64,000 nt of DNA from Dudresnaya verticillata. Its lineage: Eukaryota. Both the position numbers and the translations under genes were made by a program. Where the stretch lies: the NCBI GenBank assembly GCA_977862235.1, contig OZ374563.1, positions 1,178,001 to 1,242,000 on the forward strand, given 5' to 3'. The notes beneath the pieces were generated by a model. It made no database searches, was not told the DNA's origin, and worked only from the letters and a program-made list of their open reading frames with translations. Positions 1-12,202 of the stretch are shown here, one piece after another (position 1 is the stretch's first letter; each line of letters opens with the position of its first letter).

Positions 1-33
1 CCCCCCCCCTCAAGCGCGAACGCCTCGGTCGCG
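1..33 (-). promoter_or_regulatory. Polypurine tract and conserved PPT-proximal motif of G1
   Basis: Plus-strand C9-TCAAGCGCGAACGCCTCGGTCGCG closely matches CTCAAGAGCGAACGTCCCGGTCGCG beside the G2 PPT/LTR junction at 19681-19716. Confidence 0.85.
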
Positions 34-332
34 ACCGTTACAACGCGCACGCTGTGGGGTGGCCAAGACGGCGCCCGGGATTGGCCAGCAGGCTCCCGGG
101 CATCCGTCGGTGACGGGCGTCGATGCCACGTCGGGTGTGCCCGCGCTGAGCCGCGACGGGCTATTTAGGGAGCCGCCTCTGCGGCTCCGAGCGGTGGGTC
201 GTCTGGTCATCGCTCACCACGACCACCAACACTCCCTCCCCCACGCGTACAGCTGCCTGTCGACCAGTGCCATACGCGCCAAGCTTTCGACGCTCTTAAC
301 TTCCTCCCCCCATCGCCAGCGTCGACGCGGCG

Positions 333-3135
333 ATGGAGTCACGCGAACCGATCGCGGACGGCGCCCCCGCCGAGGGGGCGCCGGTTACCAAGCCCACCTC
401 CTCGACTGAGTCAGTCGTAGGGGGTGGGCCTGCCGAGCCGGTGCCAAGGGCGCCGGCTGGCGGAGAGGCGCGGGCTTCGAAGGCCGCGCCAACCGCAGAG
501 CGACCTTCGACGGTCGCTACAGAAGAGGCGCAACCTTCGACGGTTGCGCCAGAAGAAGCGCCCCCATCGAAGGGTGCGCCGGGAAAGGCCGGGGCTGCTG
601 CGCCGGCTTCGTCCGCCGGGGCGGGTGGCGTCGACGCCAACCCCACCCCAACGCCCGCCGCTGACGTCTGGTCAGAGGCGGTGGCCCTTGCTGCGGCGCA
701 GGGCAAGAGAGTGAAGGACCCGAGTGGGGCGGCCTCTGCCGCCCCGCGCCCAGTAGCGGCGGCTCGGGTCTTTCAGCCGACTGGCCCGCCTCGCGCAGGG
801 CCTACGGCTCACAGCAATCAACCCGCGTCGACGCGAGGAGGGGCATCCGCGGAGCAGCCTTCGCGCTCCGCGGTGCCGATGGTGGCGAGGGTGCTCGACC
901 TGAGTCGGTCGAGGTCACCCACGCCATCAGGGTCGGGGAAAGTCCCCGCAGCGGCGGCACCCTTTGTGCCGCGCGATTCTAGTGGCTTGGGGCCGTCGAC
1001 GGCCCCGACGCCGTCTTTCGTGGCCTCTGCCAACGCAGAGGGGGAGGCCGCGGGCGTGGGTGAGTCCACCGCTGCGCCCGTCGAGCCTCTTGTTGGGGTG
1101 TCGGTCTCAGTCGGACCGCCCCTCATGGGCCAGGCGCCCCCTGGACAGCACGCGCCCCCGACCGAGACGGTCTTCGCCTGGGGGGCGCCGCGCCACCAGA
1201 TCCCGCTGGATCAGTGGCGCGGGCTGCAGGAGCCTCGAGCAGACGTCCGGCGGCTCCTGAGGGTGGCCCACGCGAGCGTGGACGGAGGGGCGGCAGCGTA
1301 TGCCGCTTTCCTCCCGGCGGACGCCATAGTCTGTCTCACGCCGTTGGGGTTACCCTGCGACGTTTCTTACGTCGCTTCCCTTGAGGAGCTTCGGCGGGTG
1401 GACAGGGCAGCCGATGCCCTCTTCCTGACACCCGCCGATGAGTGGGCCCCGCCCCTGCCTGTCACCACCCCCGAGATGCGCACGGTGCCCGTCGACGAGC
1501 CCGTGGACCTCGCGCACCGTCTGGCCGATGCCGACTCTGCCCGCCGCCTCTTTGGGGTGTGCTTCGGGGAGCGGGATTGGGACGTGTGCAAGGCCCCGGG
1601 CGAAGGACGCCCGTCAAAGGGGTGCAAGTTGCACCCGGCGCTCGATGCGGCCTGGTTCCCATCAGCGGAGTGGTACTCCCACCGGGAGACTCCATCGGGA
1701 TTCACTATCCCGTGGATAACCGTAGACCGGTATTTCCACTACGCGACAGTCGGTCGCGTAGCTGCTCGTCGTGAGCTCCTGGCTAGGCGCTCAGATGAAT
1801 ACGCCTTCGAGGTGGGCCGCCGCTACTGCAGCGAGCTCCTCGCGAAGGGGACAGGCTGGGTCTTCGACGACCGCCTGATTAATTTCCTCGCGACCGGCTG
1901 GTCAAGCGAGAGGCCGTGTTTCCCAGACTTGCTCCGTCCTTCGGATGGCACGTCTTTTGGCTTCGGCGAGCTACTCGGCGTAGTCCGCCGAGTGGCTGCG
2001 GCAACCGAGAAGCACACGCGGAGGCGTCACTTCTCTTCACGCGTCAACGCGTTCGTGTGTGGCTTCTTGTCAGAGACAGGGGGCCTCTATAAGATCTAGC
2101 GCAATCGTGGCGCACGTGGCTGGCCGGCGGGAGCGCGTCGAGCGCTCCGGGTTCGCCTCGATGGCCGACATGGCCCGCACTGAGCGCGCCGGTCGTCGCC
2201 GTCGTGGCGTGGGTGCTAACCCTGGGTCAGCCGCGGCCGTCATGGCGGCGGAGACCGAGTCATACATCCCGCCGCCCGCAAGGGCGTCTGCGCGTCGTGC
2301 GCCAGCCGCCGCTGCGGCAGTCGGCGGACCGGCTGCTGCGGGGCCGTCGACGGCCCGCGCCCCTCCGGCCGCTGCCGTTGAGGTGTACCAGCCCCCGCCG
2401 GCCCCGTCTGGATCGCCGGCGGTGGCTTATGTCCCACCTCCTCCAGTGGTCGACCCACTGGACGAGGCGGTGAGTGCGGCAGTCTGGGCCGATCCGACTG
2501 TACGCAGCGCGGCCTCCTTGGCGCGCGTCGGGCAAGGCGTGTCGACACGCACGCTCCTGCAGGCCCTGGCATCGAGCGCAGTGGCGCTGCAGGAGGACGT
2601 CAACGCCTCCAATGCCGTCGCGGTTCGATACCGCGACGAGCGGGACGGCTTTGCCCGCGAGGTGCAGAGGCTCCGCGGGGAAGTCCAGCGCATGTCTTAT
2701 GCGCCGGCGCGCAAGAGGCTTCGCGAGGAGTACCAGCCGCCCCCGACGGGGTATGCGTCGATGCAGCCGATGCAGTCGTACGCTCCGGGCCCTTCTGGCC
2801 GGGCTGCCCCTTGGCAAGGCGCCAGGCAACTGATTTATCCAGGCGCTCAGGGCGGCGCAGGCGCGCCGCCCAGTGCTGCAGGCGTCGTGCCACAGCAAGT
2901 GGTTCTTCCGCAAGTGAGGGGCCCGTCGATGGGCCCTTACCACCCTGCAGCTCCCATAGGTGGGGGCGCAGTGGCGTACGGAGGCTCGGCGACTCCGCTT
3001 CCCGCCGGGGGTCTTCCACCAGCGCCACCGGCAACCACAACGGTGGTTGAAGGCTACGGGCCCGCGGCGCCGGGGGCAGCGGGCTCTGCGCCCGCCTTTC
3101 CCTGCATGGGTCCTGGGGGCGAGGCCGCCCAGTAG
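333..3135 (+). pseudogene. G1 antisense accessory gene (ORFs 333-2099 and 2059-3135, probably one disrupted ORF), unknown function
   Basis: TPLGLPCDVSY and SDEYAFEVGR...WVFD match G2 TPMGLPCDVSY and DSEYRFELGR...WVLD. C-terminal coiled coil followed by RKRLREEY. Confidence 0.8.
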
Positions 3136-4606
3136 TTATGCCGTAGTGGCTTATGCTGTAGAAGCATCCTAGTTCGAGGCGGTCGATCGCCTCGCTAGTT
3201 TTTAGACCGCCGATGCGTGTCTGGTTCATTAAAGAGCAAGGGGTGGGCGAAGACTTCGGTCCGCGTCGACGCGTTTTCAACAGCTGCGCCTTCGACCGCG
3301 CGGCTGCGTGCGAGCTATGCTCGCTGTAGCAGGTGGTGGGACTTCGACGCCCCACCTCCTCATGGGTGCTATTGTGCCTGACCCGCGTCGAAGCGGGTGG
3401 CGGTCCGCAGTGCTGGCGTCGACACAACACAGGGGCTGCCAGCGCGCGCAACGCCGCGTCGATGCGGAGCGTCAGCGCGGAGCGGGTGCCCCTAGTGGCG
3501 TCGCGGCTTTGCGCCGGAGGTGACCGCGTCGACGGGGTCCCCTCCGCCGGGAGTAGCCACGAGCGTGGCGGGGGCTTGTGCAGCCAACCCCAGGCCAGGG
3601 GCGTCGATGCCCCTGGATGATTGGGCAGAGGCCCGGGGGTGTCGGACCCCATTGGGCGTTCCCAGTTATTTGTGTTTTGGCTACAGTAGACACTGTAGCC
3701 TGAACACAAATCTGCGCCTCTGCGCTTGTGGGTGTGGCGCACGCGTCCCAAATATGGGTAAGCGCGCGCCTGTATTTGGCAGGGGCCGGTCGTCTGCCGC
3801 GGTGCCCTCGGCCTTCCCATCGTCGCGGTGGTTGTGCCGCTCACGCGTCGAAGCGCAGCGGTGCAACTCGAAGGACGCCGGCCTTCTTGGCTCTGGCGCC
3901 CCACATCGACGTGGGGGCTGTGCGCGTTGGCACCCCGCCCGGCTAGGCGCCAGGTCGGTGGGTGTTGGCCGAATATTACGCGCGGCCGCGGCGCGGCGTT
4001 GGTGAAGGGGGCGTCGACGCCTGCCCTCCGCCATCTGCGTGCAGCTGCCACTTGACGTCAAAGTCGGTGGCGCTTCGGCTTGGATGGCTCAGTGGTTTCT
4101 CCAGCCTGGTCGCGTCGAGCTTCGACGCTCGTTTCGCGTGCGCATATGACGAGGGCCCTCCGTCCGAGTCGACTCGGCGTGCGCGTTCCCTCGTTTTTGC
4201 CTGGGCTTCTGCCGCGTGGCGGTGGAGAAGGGGGCGTCGACGCCTGCCCTTCGCCACCTGTGCGCGGCTTCGCGGCGGCGTTGGTCAGACAACCCCCGAC
4301 GGTGCGGGTTGTCTTCCGCGTAGCGGGACTTCGCTACTGCCGGGCGTCGAGCCGGTAGTGGCGAGGGGCGTCGTGCCCAGCGTCCCTGCGATGCGCAGTT
4401 CGCAGAGCACCCCTGCTCCTTGGCCTCTGCCATTGGCGCGGGGTGCTTTCGGCTTGGGCCGCCGGCTTAGGCAGCCGCAATTCATGCCCTTACCGTGGGG
4501 CTTAGGCCCCACGTGTTCCCGTCGCTGGGAAAAAGCAAAGGGTGCCTGGATGAGGGTAATAACAGGCAAAGAATGCCTGAGGCAAAGAATGCCTGGGGCC
4601 CCCTCC

Positions 4607-7600
4607 TTAAGTACGAGGCGCCCCCGCCGAGGGGGCGAGTGGAGGGGATGGGGCGTCGAGCCCAGAGCCCTTCCGACGCTTCTGCGCGCGGAAGTATTGG
4701 CTCACCATCTCCTCCGGCAAATGGGATCGAGGTTCCCAAGTCGGCTTAGAGTAGCCGGTCCACTTGACCTGAAAGAGCATCGTGCCGTCTTCGGCCGTGC
4801 CATGGTCAAGTACCTTGTCCACCACGAACCGCGGGCCGTCGACGGCCTTGGACGCGAGATCTTTGGCGGTGGGCAAGTACGCGCTTCGACGCGCGGTGTC
4901 TTCCCGCAGAGGCGGGGGACAGAAGATGGCTCGGTCCGCTGCGATGCGTTCGACCAAGCCGTCTCTGTCGATAAACAACGTGCGCTCGTCGTTGAGCAGC
5001 ACGCGATAAGGCCCGATGGCCGGGCTCTGCAACTTCGGTGGTTTCGTCACCCCATCAGTTGCGTCGATGAAGACATAGTCTCCGGCCTTGATGCGGGAGT
5101 TGACCTTCCGGACCCGTCGGTCAAAGTCCTTTTTGTAACGCCTCTGCGTTTTGGCCAGGGCGGCAGAAGCCAGGCCCATAGCGGTGTCTAACCGCTTGAG
5201 GAAGTCCGTTCGGACATCCTCACTAGATTTCGGGCGGTCGACCGCCGAGTGAAACTTAGTAAATTCCGGCGGAGGCCGTGACAGCACTAAGCTGAATGGA
5301 GTCGTCCGTGTCGAGCGGTGCACGTGACAGTTGTAGGAATACGTCAACGCAGAGGCGTATCGATCCCAATCGTTTTGGTGATCGTTGACGTAGTTCCTCA
5401 ACATGGCCATGACGGTCCGGTTGTAGCGTTCAGCCTGCCCATTCGACTGGGGGTGATACGCGGAGGTGAACACGTTGTTCAAACCTAAATACCGGCAGAC
5501 GGCTTGGAAGAACTTCGATGTGAACTGCTTTCCGTTATCGGAAAGCAAGGACCTAGGCGGCCCGTAGTGGAAGACCCACTGTTCACAGAAGACAACTGCG
5601 ACGTTGTAAGCCGTAATGGTGCGCAGAGGCGCGACTTGCGTCAGCTTAGTAAAGCGGTCCGTCATGACGACGAGGAATTTGCGACCAGACTTGGTCTTGG
5701 GCAAGGGGCCCAGTATGTCGATAGCGACGGATTCCAGCGGCCTGGTGGCCGGGAACAGCTTCAGTCTATGAAGGTGTCTGCGCAGTCGAATGCGGTTACG
5801 GGCACAGTGCCTGCAGTTTCTTACTGTCATGGCGATTCTGGCCGCCATATGCGGCCAGTAGTAGGTCTCACGCAGGGAATAGAACATCTTGTTCTGCCCT
5901 GGGTGGCCCGCGAGGAGGGAGTGGTGCGCGAGCGTGAGCAGCCGAGGCTGTAACGACTCGGGCACCACTATCTGGTCTAGCGAAGCTATGACCGGATGAT
6001 GGCGGCATAGAAGCCCATCCCCGTCCTCGTAAAAATGGCTATCCCGTCGACGGGACTGCCTGGCCAGTACGGTCTGGCAGAAGGAGTCGTGCCGCTGCGC
6101 GTCCACAAATTCCTCGACGGAAATAGGTGAAGGGAGCTTCACTGGCGCCGCGGACGTCAAGTCCGATGGCTCGTCTCCCGCGTCGACGCGGAGGAGATCG
6201 AAGAGGTCGACGTCGTCGGTGTCGTCCCACGCCGCTTCGTCGGCCAAGTCCGGTGGTTCGTCTGCCGCGACCGTCTTGGGCGCGGTGCCGGTGATGCTTC
6301 CCCGGACTGGCTTCGGGATGGGCTGCGCTGGGGCCGAACCCGTAGATGCGTTGGCCCGCGAGCGTGTGGTTACCAAGACGGGAGCCGCGGGTTCTGTACC
6401 CGAACGTGCCACCGGCGTCTCAGCCGAGGACTCCCCTTGCTGGCAGTCGATCGCCGGGGGGTCAAAGGTAGGGACGTCGTCGTCAACCTCCTCCTGTTTC
6501 CGCTGGGGTCGAACCAAGCGGGACAAGGCATCCGGGACTTGGTGTACCCGCCCGGGGCGGTACTCGATCTGGAAGTCGAATTCCGCGAGCCGCAGGCGCC
6601 ACCGGGTCAGTCGACCCGAAGAGTCGGTCAGCGACATCAGCCATCGAAGCGCATCGTGATCGGTTCGAACCGTTAATCGCGTGCCTTCGATGTATAGCCG
6701 CAGGGTTGTGATCGACCACACCACTGCGAAGCACTCACGCTCAGTGGCGGAGTAATTGCGCTCCGCCGAGTTGAGCGAGTAGGACCAGTACCCGACTGGG
6801 TGTAGCTGGCCGTCCTCCTGCTCCTGCAGTAGGGCGCATCCGAGCTGATAAGCCGATGCGTCCGTATCGAGGACGTAGGTCTACCCGTTTTGGGGAGCCG
6901 TAGGATAGGGGGCGATATGAGCTTCGCTCTGAGCGTCTCATATGCCTCGAGCGCGTCGGCGCTTGGATTGTCGAAATCCACATCCGCGTCTTTGCGGGTC
7001 ATGTTCGTCAGAGGACGCGCGATCTTCGCGAAGTTGCGCGCGAAGCGGCGATAGACATTGCACGCGCCGACGAACGACCTCACCTTAGTCAGGGAGGTCG
7101 GGAACTGCGCATGGCGGAAAGCGTCGCTGCTCATCTGCGCCATGCGTAGCTTCCCCGGTTCGATGACGTGGCCGAGATAGCCAACGCGTGACTGAAAGAA
7201 GTGGCACTTCTTCAGTTTCAGGGATACTCCTCCCTTGTGCAACAGAGTCAGCACTTGGTCTAGATGACCAACGTGCTCCGCGATCGACCGCGAGAAAATG
7301 ATCACATCGTCTAGATAGATCAGGCAGCACTGCCATCGGACTCCGCTGAGGATGATGTCCAGTGCGCGCTGGAAAGTCGAGGGGGCGTTCTTCAGCCCGA
7401 AGGGCATTCGCAAGTAGCGAAACGTCCCTAAGAACGAAGTGAACGTGGTCTTATCACTGTCAGCCTCTGCGACAGGGATTTGCCAGTACCCCGCGTTGCA
7501 GTCCAACGTCGAGAAGACGGCTGCGTCGCCTAGACTGTCGATGCAGTCGTCCATCCTCAGTATAAGGTACGCATCACTTAGTGTTTTCGTGTTGAGACGT

Positions 7601-9236
7601 CGATAGTCCACGCAAAACCTAAGTGTGCCGTCCTTCTTGGGCGCCAGGACGACTGGCGATGCCCATTCCGAGGTGGCGGGTTCGATAACCCCAGCACGAA
7701 GCATGTTATCCACCTCGTCCTGCACCAGCTTGCGCATGGCAGGGCCCTGTCGGTAGGGCATGGAGCGGATGGGCGAGTGCCCCGTTCCACGTCGATGTGG
7801 TGTCGGGTGGCGGCAATAGTGCCCAGCCTCCCGTCCCACATGGACTGATGCTTCCTGAGCATGGAGAGGACCTCCGTGCGGGTCACCTCGTCTTCGATAG
7901 ACGAGAGATCGACCTGCGCCTCCCATTCCTCTACGGACGGGTTGGCCTTCGCTGCGGCGGTAGCTGCGCCCTGCAGCGGCTGGGCGTCGGTGCCCTTCGC
8001 CGTCGACGGCGAGGTGGATTGTTCCACGGCACCCTGATTGACCGGGGGCCTCTGCCCACGTGGTGGTAGGGTGGTGATGTTCATCACCCGCCCAAACTCC
8101 TCCGCGACTTTGCGGTCTGGAGTTATCAGTGCCACCGGGTCCCTAACCGCGTAGCCGACAACGGTACCCTTAGGTAGGGTCCGAGGCTTGTCGGTGAAGT
8201 TCCCGACGATGACCCCGAAAGGTCGCATCGACTCGACGTCGTGCACCCCGTTGGTAAGTCTCACGCCGTGGCGGAACTGCAACGAGGGTTTGGGTTCGGT
8301 GTGGATCAGCCCACTTGCTCCTGACGTCACGGAGACGAGCCTTTGGGAATAGGCTGGGAGCACCATCTGCCTAGAGAGGCGGATGGTGTGGGTGTCGTGA
8401 TCCCAGCCGAGGAGCTCCCTCTGGTGCCTCCTCGACAAACCCGTCGACGGGTTCTTCGGCTTCGATGCTGGCTTGCGGTCCTCGGCAGGTCTACTGCGCT
8501 TGAGGAGGGGCACCGAGCCCCCACGTCGGAGCGATAGGCGTTTCGACTCGACGTCGATGCCTCGCACGTGCGCATTGAGGAACTGCGTTCCCACCAGGAC
8601 GTCGACGGCCAAGGTGTCTGCCACTATGAATGGCACGCGGAACGTCGTGTTCCCCAACCTCATCGAGAGGTGCGCCACCCCTGATAGGCTCAGTGGGGTC
8701 TTATCAGCCCCGGCGAGGCGAGGAGTCGACTCCATCGCCGCCGCGTGCTGATCCCATCCGGGCGGCAGCGCCCGCTTCGCGATGAGGTTGTACCCGGAGC
8801 CGGTGTCCACCGCAATGGTGTGGGGTATCATTACCCCTGGGTCAGCGCCGAGCGACCCAGACACGCGGTATATCTCCTAGGACAAGAGGAACACATACCC
8901 GTAGGGGGTAGTGGCCGGCTCCGCGTCGACGCAGTGAGCCATGGCACCTTTGCGTCGAGCGGAGGGTGCCTCGTGATCCGTCGACGGACCCCTATGCGCT
9001 CGGCGTCGTGCCTGTCGCTTGCGTCGACGCCGCGGGGGCCAAGGTGGCCTGGAGCGCGTGGCTTTCGACGGCTCGTCGCAAAGCAGCCCCTCAGCGCTGC
9101 TTGGCGAGGGGGTCCTTCGTTGGTTGGGACTCGACGTCCTGCCTGCCGTCGACGGCTTGGCGGAGGATGGTGGGTCTGGGGTAGAGAGAGACGGTGCGCG
9201 CGACCGCACGAACGGCGCCGCCTTTACTCTTTTTCC
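4607..9236 (-). pseudogene. pol: G1 pol: protease, RT, RNase H, integrase, chromodomain
   Basis: [41 protein letters not shown]...CRHC, SDNGKQF, GQAERYN and chromodomain FQVKWTGY. In-frame stop at 8877 and frameshifts near 7780 and 6880. Confidence 0.95.
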
Positions 9237-11643
9237 GGTTCGATCCGGTCAAAATTATTTTCGGAATCCGAGCTTTCTTCCTCGGATCCCATTGGCTGGC
9301 TAGGGGCCGGGCCGGCGCCTCGCGTCGATCGCGGCGGCGTGTCAAAAAGGAGCGGGGGCTGCTCGACCTGCCCCCTGGCGGACTCGCCCTTGCTCTGCGC
9401 GTCGAGCGCTCGCGGGAGCCACTCGTCGGCTGCTAGCCCGGTGTGCTCCTGCACGGTCATCACTGCCCGAAGCAGTTCGCGCTGCGGCTCGGGTCTCGAG
9501 GGCGTCGACGCCCGAGGTTGGCGACCGGCTTGGTCATCAAACCCGACCCGCTTGTCGCGAGTGAGGAACCGCGGGACGTCTGCCCTTCGGTATTCGCGGC
9601 GCGGATCTCGACGATCCCCGCGGTACTTTCGCGGCTCCCCGCGATACCTTTGCGCGTCGAAGCGCTGCGGGGGACCCCTATCGTCGAAGCGTCGGGCCCC
9701 ACCCCGCTGCGCGTCGAAGCGTCTTGCGGGGTAACTTGCCTTGGCGCCTGCCGGCATGCGCTCGTCGATGAGCTGCTGCAAGTTGTTGCGCGCGTGCGGC
9801 TGCGTCTCCAGTCTATGGTTGCAGTTCGCATACGCGCAGTACAACTGCTGTTCCTTAGTCAGGAATGGGCACGAGTACATGATGTGCCCAAGTTCTCGGC
9901 AGAACCAGCAGATGTACCACCCCTGTCGATCAGGGGTGACAGCGCGGGCCATGGCCTCTTGCGCCGGTGTGAGCGGAGGGATCCTCCTCGGCAGGACGGC
10001 GTCGATGCGTCCTGAGATGTCGAGGGTCTCCTCGGCTTGCGCCGCCCCGGCTGTCGACAGCGCAGGCACGACCATGACGGGCTCGAAACCATCGTCATCG
10101 GGCGCCACCAACATCGTCCCGTCGAAGGCCGCTTCCCTATCAGGTTGTGTGGCGCCTCGATAAGCAGCGTGCGGCCGCTTGGCGAACTGCTTCCCCTACC
10201 GCGCCCCGAAACGATGGCCGGCGTCGACGCCTTGGCCATGCGGGCGCGGTAGGTTGTGCCCTCACTGTGGGCGATCCGACGAACGGTACTGAAGTTGGTC
10301 TGCTCGACCATTGGCATCTGCCTTACCTTCTCCGCTACTGCGGGTCGGGTGGTCGGAAGCAGACCACGCAGGAACTGGTGCGTCACGTTCTCGTCGGAGT
10401 AGACGCCGGCACAGTCATCTGCGTAGCCCTCTAGACGAGAGGCGAACTCGAGTTCTGACTCGGCGTCCCGCTGCCGGGCGGTCGTCAGTCGGTCGTGCGC
10501 GTCGGCGATCACGTCGTCGGTGACGAACCTCTCGACGAGGGTATTGACTACCGAGGCCCAGCACGGGGGGGTGCCGCGACTAGTCGCCCGGAACCCCGAG
10601 AAAAGGTGAGTCGAATACACCTGGGATGCCGTTCCGTCTAGGAACCAGGACACCACTCGCGCTGCTGCGCCTTCCGACAGGCCGACGCCGTTGAAGGCTT
10701 GGCGTAGCTGTCTAAGCAGGCCAAGCAAGCGGATGGACTCCTTGCCGTCGTAGCGATCTAGCCGCGGCATGAGAGCCTTCATCCGGCTGACAATCTTGGC
10801 GGTGTTGCCATTGCAGACTTGCTGCTGATTGTCCCGCTGGCTTATGTCGTCTAGACGATAGGAGCGGTAGTCGATTGCCTTCGCGAATTCGGGGACCAAG
10901 GTGCTCAGCGGCTCGACGCCCGGCATCAATGGCCCCCAGTGCCAGTAGGCCGACACGGGACCTTCGTGTGGTGAGGGGCTAGACGCCCCTCCAACTCCGC
11001 GCCCGTCGAGGGCGCGTTGTAGTAGCTTGGGGTCGACCCCGTAGAAGGGGTCGTCATCTCTTGTAGGGCGAGGGGACCCTTGCCCACTCCTAGGCGGAGA
11101 GGCCGGTGGAGAAAAAGGGTTTCGCTGAGCACGACGCTCAGCGAGGAGGGCTTTGGCCAGTTCGCGAACCGGATCCGCTTGAGACGGCGATCGCGGAGGA
11201 CGGCTCCGCACCGGCGACGGGCTAGGCGCCCGTCGGTCATACCGCACCGGTGCGTGCTCAATCAACTCAACGCGTTGGCGTAGCTCGTCGAGGAGCCCTT
11301 GAGTTCGGGTTAATCCTTCCTCGACGGAGGCGAGAGTTCCGCGTCGAAGCGACTCCAGGTCACGTTGACCTTGTGCCCGCGCGTCTGCGACTGAGGCCAT
11401 GCAGGTGTCGTACACTTCCGAAAGTGAGTCCATCGTCTCCTCGTAGAGTAGCTGGAGGTCGGTCGCAGAGACCGCTGTCCCTCGTAGGGCCTTGGCTATA
11501 GCCGCCCTGCGCTCGATGCGCGGTTCCTCTAGGGGAGCTCCTGAGACGCCGACGTTACTCAGCAAGGAAGTGCGTCGACCGCCAACTTCACCTGCCACGG
11601 CGTCTGCCGGACCGGCAGCGGCCGAAGTAGGTAGCGGCGGCAT
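9224..11643 (-). pseudogene. gag: G1 gag with CCHC zinc knuckle, frameshifted near 10150
   Basis: CWFCRELGHIMYSC (CX2CX4HX4C). Homologous to G2 gag (GPVSxxWHWGPL...YRSYRL). Confidence 0.88.
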
Positions 11644-11684
11644 TCTTGGCCTCGATCGCGTCGACGCGAGAGGTGATAGGGTCT

Positions 11685-12202
11685 GGGCAAGCCTGGCGTA
11701 GGCTGGCTTCCCTTGGTTTACTGAAGCCCAGAGGGGCGACTACTAGATATACTACAGGGCCTGCGGCGGAACCAACCCGGGAGGTGCGCCGGCGCGCCCC
11801 AACACGCGTCGACGCGTACGGGTAACGGTAACCCGGGGGCGCGCGTAGGCGGAACGGTCCACACGTACTCAACGGCTCGACGCCGGAGTGCGCGCGCGCG
11901 TGTCACGCACTCAACGGCTCTGCGCCGGAGTACGTGCGCACAGCGCGCGGGACAGCAGGGCGTTCGACCGCTGCTTACACTAGAGGGTGCTGTACACTTA
12001 CAAAACAATAAACGTAGAAGTTACATGGGAGTTTCAGTGTCACACGCGAACGTGTACACGTGGGCGGCACTGCGCACTCCCTTACAGTTCAGCGGGGCTT
12101 CGGCGCCACCGGCTGACAGCGTGCGCACAGCAGTGCACACGTGGCGCAGCTGGTCTTACAGCTGCGCGTGCGTGGCACAGCTGGTCTTACAGATATTCCA
12201 CA
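11685..12202 (-). repeat. G1 5' LTR, internally truncated (about 320 bp of the LTR 3' part and the PBS are missing)
   Basis: Reverse complement of 33947-34465. Starts TGTGGAATATC versus TGTGGCATAGC in the solo copy. Homology stops about 40 bp before the gag ATG. Confidence 0.88.

Larger units (their letters stand above)
1..12202 (-). mobile_element. Ty3/Gypsy chromovirus-like LTR retrotransposon G1 (3' LTR lies left of the window); defective
   Basis: Minus-strand order gag-PR-RT-RH-IN-chromodomain. PPT at 1-10. Partial 5' LTR at 11685-12202 matches the solo LTR at 33947-34783. Inserted into the pol of G3. Confidence 0.93.

Noticed and set aside
2600..5191. Long ORFs 2600-4051 (-) and 3962-5191 (+)
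   Set aside because: Arg/Pro/Ala-rich shadow frames of GC-rich DNA, with no motifs and no homologue in G2.
8745..9734. 329-aa plus-strand ORF
   Set aside because: Antisense shadow of the gag-pol junction.
10130..10160. Programmed frameshift inside G1 gag
   Set aside because: No slippery site, and G2 gag is continuous in frame here, so it is more likely a mutation.
12025..12202. N-terminus of the 399-aa integrase ORF
   Set aside because: It is G1 LTR sequence read through by chance. The same peptide appears antisense at the solo LTR.
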